Shown here: positions 1 to 12,001 of the stretch, one piece after another
Position numbering within the stretch: the first letter of the stretch is position 1
How the letters are laid out: the number at the start of each line of letters is the position of its first letter
NCBI RefSeq assembly: GCF_000372725.1
Contig: NW_005202428.1
Span: forward strand, 1,721,331-1,785,330
Length of the DNA: 64,000 bases
Source: Emiliania huxleyi CCMP1516
Taxonomy: Eukaryota
Direction: 5' to 3'
Notes under the pieces: model-generated
What the model was told of the DNA's origin: nothing
What the model saw: the letters and a program-made list of their open reading frames with translations, nothing else
Database searches by the model: none
Program-made: the position numbers and the translations under genes

Positions 1-1345
1 ATACACCGCTGCGCACTGAACACGCCGTCAGGTGTGCCAGTCTCCTTCTTTGTGAAGCGCGAGGATCTCGCATCGCCTGTGTATGGCGGCAACAAGGTGC
101 GCACGCTCCAACACCAGCTGGCTGTCATTGAGTCCAAGTACGAGGCGGGCGACCCACGCTGTGCCAACATCCACGTCATGGGCACCGGTGGGAGCAACCA
201 GGTCGTGGCCACGGCCGTGCACGCCCGTGAGCGGCTGCCCAAGCTGACGGGTAAGCTCCCAGCGGCCTGACTAGACGTGAGCTCGCGTGACGCCTGCGCC
301 CGCTTTTGGCAGCGCTCTGGATGGACAAGGACGTCCCCGACCTCGACAACACCCTGAACATGCTGAGCACGCTCTCGATGCCGCTCGCGGCCAAGTTCAA
401 CTGGGCCGAGCCGCTCCCTGTGCTGAAGCGCCTCGTCGGCGCCGCCTTCGGCGGCGACGGCGTGGTCGTCACGGCGGGCGGCAACTGCCCGGCGGGCGTC
501 CTCGGGCAGGCCAGCTGGAGCTCGCGGAGCTTCCCACACCTCCCCACACCTTCTCACACCTTCCCACACCTTCCCGCCAGGTCGGCGGCCTGCTGGAGCT
601 CGCGGAGCAGATCGAGGCCGGCGCGATGCCGTCTCCCGACCGGATCTACCTGCCGATCGGCTCGAGCTGCACGACGAGCGGGCTCATCCTGGGCGTCGCG
701 CTCGCGCGTCACCTGCGACTGGGACCCTTCGGCGGGCCGCTGCGCATCGTCGGCGTGCCCGTGCACGAGGCGTTCGCCATGCTGCAGGCCAAGCTGGGCA
801 TCCACCGCGCGTCGCTGTCGCAGTACATGCCGCTCACCATCCGCCACACGCTCAAGACGACGTGCGCCGAGCTCGCGCGCCTCGGCGGGCCCGACCTGCA
901 CGACGCCAGCCTCCGGATCCTCCACGAGGAGGTCGAGATCCTCACCGACGCCGACCTCGTCGGCATCTACGGCGCGCACTCCGAGGTGAGCCGCCGCGCG
1001 GCGCAGGCGTACGACGCCACGGGCCGGCTCTTCGAGGGCAGCGGCGCGGAGGTGAGCACGCCGCTGTGGGTGTGCGGCCACTTCGTCGCGAAGGCGTTTG
1101 CGCCGCTGATCGACGACGCCGCGAAGGAGGAGCTGCGCGGGCAGACCTTCCTGCTGTGGCAGACCAAGTCGGCGGTGCAGCCGCTCGGCACGGAGGACGA
1201 GTGGGCGCAGCTGGCCGAGATGCCGCCGCTCGTGAAGCGGTGGGCGGACGACGGCCCTGCGGAGTCCACGCTGCGCCCGGGCAAAGTGGACACCGCCAAC
1301 GGCACGCCTGATGACTATCGCCATCTGATGAAGGCGCTGCCGTGA
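1..1345 (+). CDS. PLP-dependent ACC deaminase / D-cysteine desulfhydrase family protein (5' end outside window; spliced)
   Basis: FFVKREDLASPVYGGNKVR (PLP lysine motif), GSNQ, IYLPIGSSCTTSGLILG. Frames are joined by probable GC-AG introns at ~265-312 and ~510-580. Confidence 0.8.
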
Positions 1346-1954
1346 GCATGAACGCACACAGATAGAGACACGCGCGTGCAAGGTCCGTATGGCTCACCGT
1401 GTAGTCGGCCACTCGGCGTTTTCACACGCATTTCGTGACACACAATACTGCCAGCAAGATGCGACATTAAGTTACTCGTGGGGTTCGCGGCAGTCCAGAG
1501 CCCTCGGCACCGACCGCACGCGCCCGCCGACGTCGACGACCCCCCCCCGCTCCCCGCGGCTCCCCGGCCCCGCTCCCCGCGCGGTCCCCTGGGCGCAGAG
1601 AGAGCCCCGGCGCCCCGGCTAACGGCCCCTGCACCCCGCGCTGCGCCGGCCGGGCCTCCGCAGCCCCGTGGCCGTGCCCGCCATGGCCCATCCGCGATGG
1701 TGCCCGCGCGGAGTTCGCGGCGCCCCGCCCGCGTGCGGACTGCGGTGCCGGGCGCGTGCCGGGCGAGCGCGCCGCGACGCGGCCCCCCGCGACTCGCGCG
1801 AGACGACACTTGTAGTCCATGTGTAAATCTCAGCCGAACAACCTAGTCTGGCTGATCTACCTCCCCGTTCGATGGTTCGAAAGGTCTGAGGGTAGAGCCG
1901 CACACCATAGTCTCACGTCACGAGCTCGCTGCCTTCTCAGGCGCTCCAACGCCG

Positions 1955-3217
1955 CTAAGTGCAGCGGGCGGGTGGGAACCGGACGGGGCGGGGGAAGTGG
2001 CGGTACTCGTTGTGAAAGACAAGCACGTCCATCCCACAGTTGGCCAGGGGCTGCAGCTGCGCTGGGGATCCCGAGGGGCCGAGCAGCTTGTCGACGAGCT
2101 CCGACTCGCCACCCTGCTTGCGGCTGAAAGACCAGACCTCGCCCTCGACGCGCCAGAGGAGCTCTGCGTCGAAGGCGAAGCCGCCCATATCGACGCAGTA
2201 CTTGCGCGCGCCGTACATCCGCGCCTGCCAGTTGTGCTTCGTGCCGCTGCACCACCCCGCGCTAAAGTGCTTGAACTCGCCTGTCGACTGGTTGTACACG
2301 GGCCTCTCGATCGTCATCGCCGTCCACCGTCCTCGAAAGTAGCCGTCGCACGCCGGAGCGAGCCACACCGACCGGCGCACGGCAAAAATGCCGACCCGCC
2401 GCCGCCCGAGCAAGCGCAGCTCGGACCAAAGCGAGGGGTGGTACGCGTTGTCGTCGTCCATGTTGTAGACGACGCCGCTCAGCCGGCGGTCGCGGATGTA
2501 CTTGAGCGCCACGTTGCGCTGCGCGTTGCCTCCGGAGCGAGTCGGGCCAAAAGCGAGGTGGACATGCGGGACTCCGCTCTCGCTGAGCAGCTGTGACACG
2601 TCGGGACTTGGCGCAGCTGCGTCCTCGGCCACGAGCCAGAGCACTCCTCTTCCCTCGGTGCTCAGCAGCCTGGCGCAATGCATCAGCTTGGCGCGCTGCA
2701 GCTCATGCGGGAAGGTGGTGGTGACGAGAAGGAGCCGCCTCCCGGCGCGCGCCGTCGCTGGTCCCTCCCTCGCGACGAGCCTCTGCTCCGCCGCGAGGTG
2801 CGGCCAGATTGTGTCAATGGTGCGCATGGTAAAGTCGGCCTTTGGTTCGCTCGAGCAGTTCTTCTGTCCGTTCGCTCGCGTGCAGGTCCGGCGGCGCGGT
2901 GAACAGCTCCAGCCGGAGCAGTCAACAGAGCTGGCGGTCGCGAGGCCGCGTAGCCTTGGGCGTCGGCTCACTTCTCTGATGGTCTGGTATGAGAAGGTGC
3001 GCTCCCGTGTCAGGCCGCCGCTGGAGTTGAGGGCCACGAGCACTGCGGCACAGTACGGAACCGATGCCGGGCTCCGTCCAGACGTTCGTTCAGCGACCAC
3101 CTGCATGGTGGCACTGCTCGAGGGCCGCCACGCGAGCTCTCCATCGGGCGCGCGAACGCGTCGCGATACGAAATCCTTGCCCGGACGAGACGCGAGACGG
3201 CGAGCAACGACGGGCAC
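1955..3217 (-). CDS. Glycosyltransferase family 43 (beta-1,3-glucuronyltransferase-like); start uncertain
   Basis: LVTTT, LWLVAED, QRNVAL, GVVYNMDDDNAY (DDD motif), VDMGGFAF, ESE, LQPLANC..VLVFHN, all in GT43 order. Confidence 0.85.
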   Translation of the reverse strand: MPVVARRLASRPGKDFVSRRVRAPDGELAWRPSSSATMQVVAERTSGRSPASVPYCAAVLVALNSSGGLTRERTFSYQTIREVSRRPRLRGLATASSVDCSGWSCSPRRRTCTRANGQKNCSSEPKADFTMRTIDTIWPHLAAEQRLVAREGPATARAGRRLLLVTTTFPHELQRAKLMHCARLLSTEGRGVLWLVAEDAAAPSPDVSQLLSESGVPHVHLAFGPTRSGGNAQRNVALKYIRDRRLSGVVYNMDDDNAYHPSLWSELRLLGRRRVGIFAVRRSVWLAPACDGYFRGRWTAMTIERPVYNQSTGEFKHFSAGWCSGTKHNWQARMYGARKYCVDMGGFAFDAELLWRVEGEVWSFSRKQGGESELVDKLLGPSGSPAQLQPLANCGMDVLVFHNEYRHFPRPVRFPPARCT

Positions 3218-3269
3218 CTCGTGGGCAGGAGAATTTTTACGCGGGAGAATTTCACAACAACAGCAGCAG

Positions 3270-3345
3270 GACGGCGCTCGCCGGCGCTACGGCGCTCGCG
3301 GCGCGCTCGTGGCGTTCAGGGCGGCTCGCACACGCACACGCACAT

Positions 3346-3438
<93 letters not shown>

Positions 3439-3807
3439 CACAGACACACAGCCCCTTCCCCTCCCCCCTCAAGGGCGAGGACACGCACAGGCCGCACCTC
3501 TAGTGAGGCCCGCATAGTATGTGGGAGACTCGCGCCGCCGCCCCTGCCACCCCTGTGTCAGTGTGCCTGTGGTAGGAGAGACTGCCAGCGACAAGCTGGA
3601 GGCAGGTCGCTAGACTGAGATGAGACCGCCAGTGGATGTGGGAGTCCACCGCGCACCGCGCTGCGAGCCTGTCGTGTCCCTTGTCAGGAGCAGGAGAGCC
3701 CCACCTGTCCCCCTGATCGTTCTTCCAAAATCCTGCTCGTGCAGGTGGGGACCCTGTCCTCGTCCCATCCCTCGTTTGGCGTGTCTGTTTTCTTTCTTTC
3801 TTTCTTT
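3270..3807 (+). repeat. Dispersed repeat family A, copy 1, with internal (CA)n at ~3330-3436
   Basis: Collinear and highly similar to 61636-62130. Its 3' part recurs inverted at ~13935-14025. Confidence 0.85.
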
Positions 3808-4340
3808 AACAGCAGCAGGAGAAAACCGCTGGGCGCAGTTTTGTCATATGACCTGGCTGTCGCCTCAACATAGGAATCCTACTTGATGATGAGAGTGTAG
3901 AGACGCGTATAAATTCTTTGCGATGTAGGTAGGTACTAGTAGCTCAGTCAGGCCCCAAATGATTTGTAGATAGATTTGTTTGTTTGTTTGGCGGTCTATT
4001 GCTTGCTCCATAATTGCTGTGAACATGGGATTTGGATACCAATCTCAATCGTCAATGAGATGTGTGAAGAGGACGGCCAGAGGACGGCCGACCGATCGAC
4101 GAAACACACGCGCGAGCTGGCGAGCTCAGCTGCATCTCAATCGAATCTCAGGGGGGCGCCGTGTGTATAACGGACACATGGCACTGGAGACTGGAGTAAC
4201 AATATTTGACACTAGTACCCCAAGGCTAAGCTTCTGTTCAGCTGCGTTTTTGGTCAGGGAGCTCCTTTGCTTGGCATGCTGTAACCGTTGCAGCGCTTCA
4301 GTCGCCGCCCCCACCGCGCTCGGGTGTCACCCGCCTTTGC

Positions 4341-4616
4341 TCATGCCCAGTGAATGACGGGGGTGTTGCACGACTGAAGTCGTTTGGTCCATTCTTGGGC
4401 GCCTCCTTGGTCAGACTCCATCATGCGCTCGTGCCACTCGATGGCCATGATGGATAGCTTGCAAAGTGCAGAAGGGCTCCTCTCCCACACGTGCCGCAGA
4501 ATTTTGTATTCATGGCCCTCGACGTCCATCTTGATCGCCACGACCGGTGCGCGCTTCAACGCACGCTTGACCAACTGCACAAAGTCTATGGAGCGCACTC
4601 TCACGGCGTTGATCAC
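4341..4616 (-). pseudogene. FkbM-family methyltransferase C-terminal fragment
   Basis: VRSIDF...VAIKMDVEGHEYKIL...MAIEWHE motif. No N-terminal SAM-binding half is visible, and the surrounding DNA is lower in GC. Confidence 0.5.
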
Positions 4617-5483
4617 TTTTACCTCTTGGACAATGGCTCAACAGATGATTACACCTGCCAACGATGGTGCAACCACTCATCCATCACATCCGCCTCATTT
4701 TTGAAGACAGAAAGGACGACAAGAAAGTTTGATGAACGCATTTGCTCCTGCGACACGACAGGCCGAGATCAGTAAAGGGGTCCTGGCGTGGCACGGGCGG
4801 GCGCGTGCTGGCGGGATGCTGGTGTGGCGAGGCGCGCGGGTCAGGTGGCGTTATCTATGCGATAGGCAGGCCTAAGGAGGTACCGGCGGCAAGGGGTTGG
4901 AGATGCGGGCATCCGGGGGGGGGGGGGGGGGTGCGGAGGTGGGGTGGTGGTAGCGGGGCTCGCCGGAAGCGCAGTGACGTCTGGCAGCGCAGTTGACGAT
5001 GCAGCAAGCGCGGCGGGGGACAAAGCTCGGACGCCCTTTTTCTTGTAACAAAGAAGGTGACTGAAAGTGGTCTCAAGTGTCTCGAAACGTGTCTCAAACT
5101 CAAATCTTCTCGATCGAATCTAAATGTGTGTTTCACGAATTCCCGAGGTGCAGCAGAGCAGAGGTGCAGCAGAGGTGAAGGAGAGGTGCAAGTGCAGCAG
5201 AGGTGCTCATTCAGTCTACCGGAGGGAGGTGCCCGTGCGTACACTCTGGTTTTGGCAGCCTCGCCTCGGCTGGCGCCTCGGCAGCTGGGTCGGGGGCTGC
5301 TCCCCCTTCCCCTAGGGCCATTTGATTGCGGGAGCACGAGGGCTCCCACTCGCGCCCGGCGGCGCGCGGAGGAGGCCGAGAGTATACCCATATACCCATA
5401 TACGGCCTAGAAAAGTTTCTCCGAGACCTCGCGAGCGGGCAGGTATTCACACCTCGGCAGTGTGGTTTGGGCCGGGCAGGGCA

Positions 5484-5690
5484 GGAGCAGGCGGACATCG
5501 CTTCCAGGGAGGGGGGCGTGCTTCTGCTCACGCTCCACCCCCCCCCCTAGCATGTGGTGAAGGCCCTGGGGGGGTCGGGACCCCCCCCCTAGCATGTGGT
5601 GAAGCCTCTGGGGGGGGTCGGACCCCCCCCCTAGCATGTGGTGTGAGCAGAAGCACGCCCCCCTCCCTGGAAGCGATGTCCGCCTGCTCC
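5484..5690. mobile_element. Small MITE-like element with perfect 48 bp inverted repeats
   Basis: 5484-5531 is the exact reverse complement of 5643-5690. The interior is about 2.5 copies of a ~43 bp unit (CCCCCCCCTAGCATGTGGTGAAG...). Confidence 0.65.
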
Positions 5691-5723
5691 AGTGTGGGTT
5701 TCACACCCGGAGATATACTGAAA

Positions 5724-5863
<140 letters not shown>

Positions 5864-5920
5864 AGAGGGATGGGGAGTGACACAGCCAATCCTTTGTGTT
5901 CACACCCGTCTTCTTCAGCG

Positions 5921-6793
5921 GCTGAGGGAGGGTGTAGAGGATGTAGAGTGTAGAGCGCTGTAGAGCTGTAGAGATGTAGAGCGCTGTAGAGCTGTAGAGC
6001 TCTACATCCGGCGCGTGACGATGTGAGTCGCCTGTAGAGCGATGTAGAGCGCGATTTTGCTGTAGAGTTTGTTGTAGAGGCTCTACAGCCAAACCGCCGG
6101 GAAGGCAGTGACTCAAAGAGGTCGAGCCGCGCTAATGGGGTGTCTCCGAGCTTACTGGAGCTCTGATGGACAGCCCTGGCTATCCCTGACACACAGAGAG
6201 TCACTCTGACGGCACACAACACCCTATGACTGCGTCATGACCAGCCTGCCATGTGTCGCCGGTGCCGCATTCGTCGCTGTGCTTCTTTAGCAGGCGGTGG
6301 ACTGTCGGCTGCGAGGACGGTCGCATTTGCGCGAGGCGAGGCGAGCATTCAGACGCGTTGCATGCGCCATGCCTCGCGCCAGCGCGTGCGGGAGCTCCTG
6401 GCTGAGCGTTGAGTCCAGGCGAGTTGCGCTGGCCACTATCGCTACGCCGAGCCGAGCTGACGCGCCGAGGCGCCGGCCAGTCGCAGCCGTGAGGCATGCC
6501 ACAGCAGCAGAGGCACCTGCCACCCATTGGGCGGGCAGACAGAAGGCCAGGGCAGCACTGGCAAGTGCAACGCGCCTCATGTCGGAGAGCGACCGTGCCT
6601 CGTTCGCCGCTTATGATGTAGAGTTTGTTGTAGAGATTTCACGTTGTAGAGCGCCTCTACATCGCTCTACAGGCGACTCACATCGTCACGCGGCGGATGT
6701 AGAGCTCTACAGCTCTACAGCGCTCTCCAGCGCTCTACATCTCTACAGCTCTACAGCGCTCTACACTCTACATCCTCTACACCCTCCCTCAGC
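5921..6793. mobile_element. Non-autonomous TIR/foldback element with ~130-140 bp TGTAGAG-rich inverted repeats
   Basis: 5921-6050 is inverted at ~6655-6793. Flanks TTCTTCAGCG (5911-5920) and TTCATTCAGCG (6794-6804) resemble an imperfect TSD. Confidence 0.75.
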
Positions 6794-7050
6794 TTCATTC
6801 AGCGATACACTCCAAAAAAATTCTCGAGTATCTCACATTTACTTGATAAACCAGCCGATCCAACAATCCTTTCACACCGGACGGTAGAGCCGAATCTGAC
6901 GGCCAGAAAGCTCACCAGCCTCGCAACACATGCCATACCCATCCCTCCCTGATGACTCACAGAAGCCGCAGGCCACGTGGAGACATAGCTACGTGACCAC
7001 GCAAAACACGCCCGGAGACTGCTCACATCCCGATATCCCGGGCTCCAACA

Positions 7051-10000
7051 ATGGTCCCACTATCGGGCCTATCGCGGTCCGACGCCGATCTACTTGGCTG
7101 TCCCCAGCCCACACACAGGTACCGGGCGGGTGCACCCAGCCTGGCCGCAGGAGGGCGGGCCCGGGCCGAACCTCCCACTCAGAGGTCCATTGAAGTCGTC
7201 CGCGGCGCCGTCCCGAAGCAGACAGTGCGCGAAGCAGCCGCATGCGGCCGCCGAGCGCGATCAAGTAAATGCGAGATGGGAAGAATTCCTATCCACGTAA
7301 ATGCGAGATATACACGCCCAGCCGGACTCCCTGCTTCTAGCGTGATGATGTCCGCAGTGCCGCTGCAGCTCCTCGACGCGTCCTCCTTCCCGCACGCGCG
7401 CTGCATGGACGGGTCGCCCGCCGGCTTCTACCTCGCACGAAACCGCTCCTCTCCCGACTGGATCTTTGAGCTCCAGGGCGGCGGCGAGTGCGCCAGCCGC
7501 TCCGGCTGCCTCAGCCGTGCGGCGACGGCGCTGGGCTCGTCGCTTCACTTTCCGCCGTCTGCCACCCTCTCCTTCCTGCTTCAGGACACATACGCCAACC
7601 CGCACCTCCGCTCGTGGAACCGCGTGCACCTGCCCTACTGCTCGCAGGACCTGTGGACCGGCCAGCGTACAGTCCGGTCGCGCGAGACATTCGACTACTA
7701 CTTTTCCGGCCACCTCATCGTCGACGCCGTGCTCACGCACCTCGAGCGGCACTCGGACCTCGGCTCAGCTCGCCGCATCATCCTGACCGGCGAGTCGGCG
7801 GGCGGCATCGGCGTCTGGCCACACCTCGACTGGCTCGCCCAACGCTACCCGCGCGCAACGGTCGTCGGCGCGCCCATCGCCGGCTTTTACTTTTACGCGC
7901 ACCCCTACACCGGCCCAGGCCACACGGCGTCCCACCTCGCCGATTTTCGCGAGGCGGCCTGGCCGGGCCATTACGCGCTGTGGCAGTCGTTCGTCGACGA
8001 AAGCTGCGCGGCAGCTTTCCCGACCGCGCCGTGGCGCTGCCTCCTCTCAAACTCCTCCTGGCCGTACGTCTCCAGCCGCGCATTTGTGAGCGAGGCGCAG
8101 AGCGACAAGGTCGTCCTGACGGCGCACATTGGGCGCCCGCCGTTTAGGGCTGTGAAGAGCGTCTCTTCACAGCTACTGGTGTGAATAGGCGCACGACTGG
8201 GTGCCAGCCTCGCAGGACCCGGACTGGTCGCCGCACGTGCTGCGATACCTCTCCCAGTGGCAGGTCAACATGAGCGCCGCGCTGGCGCCGCTGATGGACC
8301 CCGCCTCGCCCCACGGCGTCTTCAACCCCGCCTGCTTCCTGCACACCGGCTTCTCGGCGCACGCGCCGCTGATCGCGAACCACAGCTACCTCGAGGCGTT
8401 TGGCGAGTGGTACTTCCGAGGCACGCCGGTCAAGCTGCAGGACCGGTGCGGCCTCCTCTGCAACCCGACGTGCGCGCACTCGGGGTCTCACCCGGCGTCG
8501 ACGGGCGCCGCCGCGGCGCCGAGTGAGGCGGGGTCTCACCCGGCGTCGACGGGCGCCGCCGCGGCGCCGAGTGAGGCGGCGGCCCTCCTGTCGCTCGCTG
8601 GCGGAGAGCCACGCACGGATCCCGAGCCGCCGATGCCGCACCTCGCATGCAGGCCGCGCCTGCTCGGCCGCAGCATGAAGGCCGCTGGCCACGACCTCGC
8701 CCAGTCGCGCCGAGCCAACACCTCCGAGGCTTGCGCTGCCGCGTGCTGCGCAGACGGCCGGTGCGCCGGTGCGCTCTTTGAGCCAGCCTCGGCCATCAGC
8801 TGGCATGGCTGCGTCAAGGGCGAGCCGTGCTGCTTCCTCAAGACGAGCGTGGCGGACGCGCAGCCCCTCCCTGCGCCGTCGCCGGGATTCCAATCCGAGC
8901 TTTGGAAGATGGACGGGCGATCGCAAGACCCAGAGACGCTGGGATTCCTCGCCGCCGCCCTCGGCTCGCACATGGTGCTGCAGCGCGCCCCGCTAGCTGC
9001 TACCGTCTGGGGGTTTACCGCGCCTGGCGCCACCGTGACGTCGACGATCGCGCCGGCCAGGCCCGAAGAGTGCGAGGCGGTACCCGCGCTCGCCTCGGGC
9101 GGCGCATGCGCGACGCGCACTCTGACCTGCAAGGCGGGCGCCGACGGCGCTTGGCGGCAGGCGCTCCCGCCGGTTGCAGCGTCCACGGTTGCGTTTTCGC
9201 TCACGTTTGCGTCCTCAAACTCGAGCGCGGAGCGCGCAGAGCTGCACAACGTCTTATTCGGCGACGTCTACTTGTGCGGCGGCCAGAGCAACATGGAGTT
9301 TGCGATGCCGGCAGACGCCAACGCCTCGGCCGAGATCGCTGCGGCCGACGCGTATCCTCACATACGCATCTTCTCGGTCGGCCATCGCACTTCGTCCGCC
9401 ACGCCGCTGCGAGACCTGCAGACCGTCTGGGAACCGTGGCAAGTGGCGAGCCGTGCGACCATCGCCAAGGACTTCACGCCGCACTCGCACCTCTTCGCGA
9501 CCTTCTCCGCCGTCTGCTGGCACTTCGGAAAGTCGCTTTCCGACCGGCTCGCGGCTCGCGGCAGTGTCGTGCCTCTCGGCCTCGTGAGCAACAACTGGGG
9601 CGGCACCAAGCTCGAGATGTGGGCACCCGCAACAGTCTTTGATGAGTGCGGCGTCTCCCCGCCCCCGCAGCCGCTCGGCGGGCCGATGTGGAACGCCATG
9701 ATCCTACCATACGCCGCGGGCCCGATGGCGCTGAGCGGCTTCGTCTGGTACCAAGGGGAGGCCGACACGGCGACCACTGCCACGGCGGCGCTCTACCGCT
9801 GCACCTTCCCAAAGATGATTGGTGCGTGGCGCGATGCGTTTCGCCAGCCCACCGCGTTCTTCGGGTTTGTGCAGCTTAGTACCTGGTGCGGGGGAGGAGA
9901 GCTTGCCGAGGCGCTGCCGGCGATGCGCGACGCGCAGATGGGCGCTGCCGCGCTCCACGGAGTCGCCTACGCGACCAACGCCGACCACGGCATGGGCTGC

Positions 10001-12001
10001 GCCATTCACCCAGCCTTCAAGCGGCCCGTCGCCGAACGTCTCGCCACCGCTGCCCTCGCCGTGAGGTACAACGAGAGTGTCCGCTGGCGCTCGCCGAGGT
10101 ACGTCACGGCCGAGCAGACGACGCCTCAGGCCGAGGGCACCGTTACGGTGGAGATTTCGCTGCGCGACGTCAGCCCCGCCGGGCTTCACCTGCGGCGGCC
10201 ATTCAATTACTTCTCCCCCGGCTACGCCGCCGCCGCCCCGGTGGCGGTTGACTGCACGGGCAGCACGCCAGTCAGCCCGACAGCTAACGTGTCGATGGCT
10301 CTGATGTGCGCTTGGGCGAGCCTGCTCGTCGATGGAGTCGGCTGGCTCAACGCGTCTGCCGAGGCGACGGCTGGCGGCCGCACGCTGCTGCTCTCGGCGG
10401 TCCTGCCAGTTCGCACCTCGAGTGCAGCTCGCGTCCTGGCGACATCTTACGGCTACGGCCCGATTCCGATGCTGTCGGCGTACGATGCTGGGACCAACCT
10501 TCCCGTGCTGCCGTGGAACACCACCCTCCAAAGGGCGGCTCCGGCCGCGACCTGGGCGCAGCCGCCGTATGCTCCGGCCACGACGGCGACGCAGCCACCG
10601 TACGACACGCGCTTCTTTGAGCAGCGCGTCGACCACGCGTCTCCCGCAGCCAACGCGACATGGCGTCAGCGCTATCTGATCAGTGAAGCGCACTGGGGTG
10701 GACCGGGCAGCCCGATACTGTTCTACACCGGCAACGAAGGCCCCATCACCGGCTTCTGGGCAGCCTGCGGCTTTGTGACCGAGGTGCTGGCGCCACGGCT
10801 CGGCGCGCTAGTCGTCTTCGCAGAGCAGAGGTTTTACGGGGAGAGCCTGCCCTTCGGCCGCATCGGCTCCTTCTCCCCGGCCGCTCTCGCGCTCCTCACG
10901 GCGGAGCAGGTGCTCGCCGACTACGCTCTGCTCCTCACGTCACTCAAGGCGCAGCTTCACGCGGCCGAGAGCAGAGTCGTCGCCTTTGGCGGCTCTTTTG
11001 GCGGCACTCTCGCCACCCTGTTCCGCGCGAAGTACCCGCACGTTGTGGTCGGCGCGCTCGCGGCCTCGGCGCCCCTCGGCTACTACTCTCCGACGTACTG
11101 GAAGGAGCGCGGGGTCGACGAGCTCACCTGGTTCAGGACCGTTGAGCGCGTCTACACTGAGGCAAAGGAGGGCTGCTACGAGACGCTCGTACGCGCAGTT
11201 CACCTAGCGAACGCCACTGCGCGTTCGGATGGCCGCGCCGCCGCTGCCGCCTTTGGGCTTTGCTCGCCACCAGAGGATGCGGACGCCTTCGTCTTTTGGG
11301 TCACCGAGGCGCTCGAGTCGATGCCGCAGATCGACTACCAGGACGCAGGCTCGCCCGTGAATGCCACGTGCGAGGCGGTGCGGCGGGAGCTGCAGGGCGC
11401 CGAGCTGCTCGCCGCTCTCGCCGCCGTGACGCGCCGCTACTACGGCGTGGCCACCGACGCGTGTCTCCCGCAGACGAGCGCCCGTAATTTGCAAGTGGCT
11501 GGCGGCACGCCGGGGGACGGGCCGGCGCCTGCGTCTAGCTGGGGGTACCAGTCCTGCAGCGAGACGCTGCACCCCTTCTCGATTCCACCAGGCAGCTGGC
11601 GCCCGTACCGCTTCTCTCTCCCCGCGCTCACAGCGCTCTGTCGGCAGTACTACAACGTGACCCCTGACCTCCACCGGCTCGAGCGCTGGTCCGGCGGCTA
11701 CGCCATCGCCGGCAAAGACAGCGGCCACTCGAACATCATTTGGTCGAATGGGCGGCGCGACCCGTGGCATGGCGGGGGCTTCCTCCGCGCAGCGGACGCG
11801 TTGCCTGGCGGCGCCGTCTTTGTGATGGACAGCACGGCCCACCACCAGGACCTGCGCCTGCCCCAGACTACCGACCCGCCGGAGCTCACCAGTGTCCGTG
11901 CCATGGAGGAGCGCATCATTCGCGGTTGGCTGCGGGAGTCTGGTGTGGGAGGTGGGGTGGGTGGCCCCTCCCCCAATACTGTGCACAGCAGTGTGTCTTA
12001 G
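7051..12001 (+). CDS. Multi-hydrolase fusion: pectin acetylesterase/Notum + PAN/apple-like Cys domain + sialate O-acetylesterase (SASA) + S28 serine carboxypeptidase
   Basis: PAE: CMDGSPAGFY, LQGGGEC, PYCSQDLWTG, GESAGG. SASA: DVYLCGGQSNM, WYQGEAD, IHP. S28: FFEQRVDH, QRYL, FYTGNEG, EQRFYGESLPFG, GGSFGG, AHHQDLR. A GC-AG intron at 8122-8188 joins the two ORFs in frame. The true start may be 7276 or 7345. Confidence 0.8.
8482..8579 (+). repeat. 48 bp in-frame tandem duplication (GSHPASTGAAAAPSEA x2) in an interdomain linker
   Basis: Two adjacent identical 48 bp copies. Confidence 0.9.
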
